From positions 1 through 48,969 of the forward strand of contig JACORV010000012.1 in assembly GCA_016179225.1 (NCBI GenBank): 48,969 nucleotides of DNA, written 5' to 3'. The position numbers and the translations under genes are program-made. Numbering within the stretch: position 1 is the stretch's first letter; every line of letters begins with the position of its first letter. Below the pieces are notes generated by a model that did no database searches, was not told where the DNA came from, and saw only the letters and a program-made list of their open reading frames with translations. Shown here in pieces: positions 47,505 through 48,969 of this stretch. Source of the DNA: Gemmatimonadota bacterium. GTDB lineage: Bacteria > Gemmatimonadota > Gemmatimonadetes > Gemmatimonadales > JACORV01.

Positions 47505-48203
47505 ATGAGTGCGTGGCTCTCTCCCCGGGGTACGCTCGCGGCCCTAGCGGTCGGGGCCGCGGTCGCTACCGGCACCGGTTGGCGCGGCCTTGCGGTGCTC
47601 GGCGTGTTCTTCGTCTCCTCGTCGCTGCTCACCCCGGGCGGCGGCCGCCGGGAGCCGATCCAGGTCGCCGCGAACGGGGGCATCGCCGCGGCCGCCGCGC
47701 TCCTCTCCCTGGCGCGCGTCGAGTGGCAGCTGGTCTTCGCCGGCGCGCTGGCCGCCGCCGCCGCCGACACCTGGTCCACCGAGATCGGCGGGCGGAGCGA
47801 CGTCGCTCCGCGGCTCATCACCACCGGCGCCCCCGTCCCACCGGGGACATCCGGCGGCGTGACACTCCTCGGCTCGCTCGCCAGCGTGCTTGGCGCGGCG
47901 CTCGTCGCCACCACGGCCACAGTCCTCGAGATCGCGCCTTTGGGCGCGGCGCCCTGGATCGTGGCCGGCGGCGTCGCCGGTGGCCTGGCCGACTCCGTGC
48001 TGGGCGCCACGCTCCAGGCGCGCTACCGCTGCGCCGCGTGCGGAGCCCTGGGCGAGCGGCCTTCCCACGGGTGCGGAGGAACCGGCGTTCTGGAGGGCGG
48101 TATGAGATGGATCACCAACGACACGGTGAATCTGCTCGCCACGGCCGTCGGCGCCGCCGTAGCGTCCGCACCTGTCGCACTGCAGCGGGCCCCTCTAGGT
48201 TAG
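47505..48203 (+). CDS. DUF92/TMEM19-family membrane protein
   Basis: FFVSSS.L, QV.ANG, ADTWSTEIG, GTSGGVT..G, DS.LGAT.Q, CxxC insert, ND.VN. Confidence 0.88.
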   Translation: MSAWLSPRGTLAALAVGAAVATGTGWRGLAVLGVFFVSSSLLTPGGGRREPIQVAANGGIAAAAALLSLARVEWQLVFAGALAAAAADTWSTEIGGRSDVAPRLITTGAPVPPGTSGGVTLLGSLASVLGAALVATTATVLEIAPLGAAPWIVAGGVAGGLADSVLGATLQARYRCAACGALGERPSHGCGGTGVLEGGMRWITNDTVNLLATAVGAAVASAPVALQRAPLG

Positions 48204-48250
48204 GCGCTGACCGACCTCGGAGCCGTTACGATCGCCATCCTCATCGCCTC

Positions 48251-48969
48251 GTGAGCGACTACGACGTTTTGGTGGTCGGCGGCGGCCCCGCCGGCGCCGC
48301 CACCGCCACGTACGCGGCGCGCGCCGGCCTGCGCGTGCTGCTGGTCGATCGCGCCGTGTTCCCCCGACACAAGGCGTGCGCCGAATACCTGAGTCCCGAG
48401 GCGTCGCGCGACCTCGAGGCCCTCGGCGTGCTCGAGGAGGTGGAGGCGGCGGGCGCCAAGAAGCTGACCGGGTTTCGGCTGGTCTCGGACGACGGCGCGG
48501 ACGTCGTTGGGCGGTTCGCGGGGAGCCACCGGTTCGTGCCGTTCCGCCCCTACGGTCTCGCCCTCCCGCGTGCCACCCTGGACAGCATCGTGCTGGGCGC
48601 GGCGGCCCGCGCCGGCGCCGACGTGCGCCAGGGGGTCACGGTCGAGCGCTTGCTGGTGGAAGACGGTGTGGTGCGCGGCGCGCTGCTCCGCGAGGGGCGG
48701 CGCCGCCTCGAGCTGCGCGCCCGCGCGGTCGTGGGCGCCGACGGCCTCCGATCGGTCGTGGCGCGCGCGCTCGGGCTCGCCCGCTGGGGATCGCCGCGGC
48801 GACTTTCCCTCGTGGCCCACCTGGCGGATGTGGCCGGCCTGGCCGACTACGGCGAGATGTTCGCCGGGGACGGGCGCTACGTGGGGATCGCCCCCATCGG
48901 CGGCGGCTACGCCAACGTCGCGGCGGTCCTGCCGGACACCGACGCGGCCGCGATCGCGCAAAACCCGAC
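48251..48969 (+). CDS. NAD(P)/FAD-dependent oxidoreductase, geranylgeranyl-reductase-like (truncated at the right edge)
   Basis: Read manually from GTG 48251: MSDYDVLVVGGGPAG...DRAVFPRHKACAEYLSP...R..LD...VVGADG..S.VAR. Confidence 0.88.
   Translation, partial: MSDYDVLVVGGGPAGAATATYAARAGLRVLLVDRAVFPRHKACAEYLSPEASRDLEALGVLEEVEAAGAKKLTGFRLVSDDGADVVGRFAGSHRFVPFRPYGLALPRATLDSIVLGAAARAGADVRQGVTVERLLVEDGVVRGALLREGRRRLELRARAVVGADGLRSVVARALGLARWGSPRRLSLVAHLADVAGLADYGEMFAGDGRYVGIAPIGGGYANVAAVLPDTDAAAIAQNP

Noticed and set aside
69-48961. Numerous long overlapping or antisense ORFs in the track (e.g. 3691-5847 -, 16867-19050 +, 39228-41297 +, 48200-48961 -)
   Set aside because: Arg/Gly/Ala/Pro-rich shadow frames expected in high-GC DNA. 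They lie over well-supported genes and show no recognisable motifs.
8693-48969. Photosynthesis gene cluster suggested by PCP_red (BchB-like), V4R (BchJ-like) and geranylgeranyl reductase (BchP-like) similarities
   Set aside because: Only isolated domains are present. There are no bchLNB catalytic domains, Mg-chelatase or puf genes in the window.

Overview
A GC-rich bacterial chromosomal window, probably from Gemmatimonadota. This is inferred from the style of the Ser/Thr kinase, the TonB receptors, the GWxTD protein and the PorV-like protein. From left to right it contains: (1) a truncated TonB-dependent receptor and an APC amino-acid permease; (2) a translationally coupled heme operon of the coproporphyrin-dependent type (hemA, hemC, a ChdC/HemQ-Rieske fusion, hemH, a shortened hemY, an Mrp/Zn-ribbon-PCP_red/ferredoxin trio, hemD, hemB, hemE, hemL), interrupted between hemB and hemE by a 3-kb Ser/Thr kinase cassette bounded by a perfect 48-bp direct repeat; (3) a ~15-kb respiratory operon with a tandem-USP protein carrying PCP_red-like domains and Cys-Pro motifs, an AhbD/NirJ-like radical SAM enzyme with a PCP_red-like tail, an orphan CydA-like membrane protein lacking the canonical Q-loop and CydB, three c-type cytochromes (one fused to an EbdC-like domain), a cupredoxin-motif lipoprotein, and a complete A1-type aa3 oxidase with ctaA, ctaB and DUF420; (4) two small CTAG-bounded palindromic elements; (5) a minus-strand envelope locus of TonB receptor, T9SS-CTD-like large protein, PorV-like barrel, GWxTD protein and repeat lipoprotein; (6) several housekeeping-like genes. 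The strongest candidates for undescribed biology are the CydA-like/cytochrome c/cupredoxin module upstream of the aa3 oxidase, the recurrent PCP_red-like domain linking the heme and respiratory operons, the ChdC-Rieske fusion, the repeat-bounded kinase insertion and the TBDR-CTD-PorV locus. All family assignments come from motif recognition by eye; no database searches were run.
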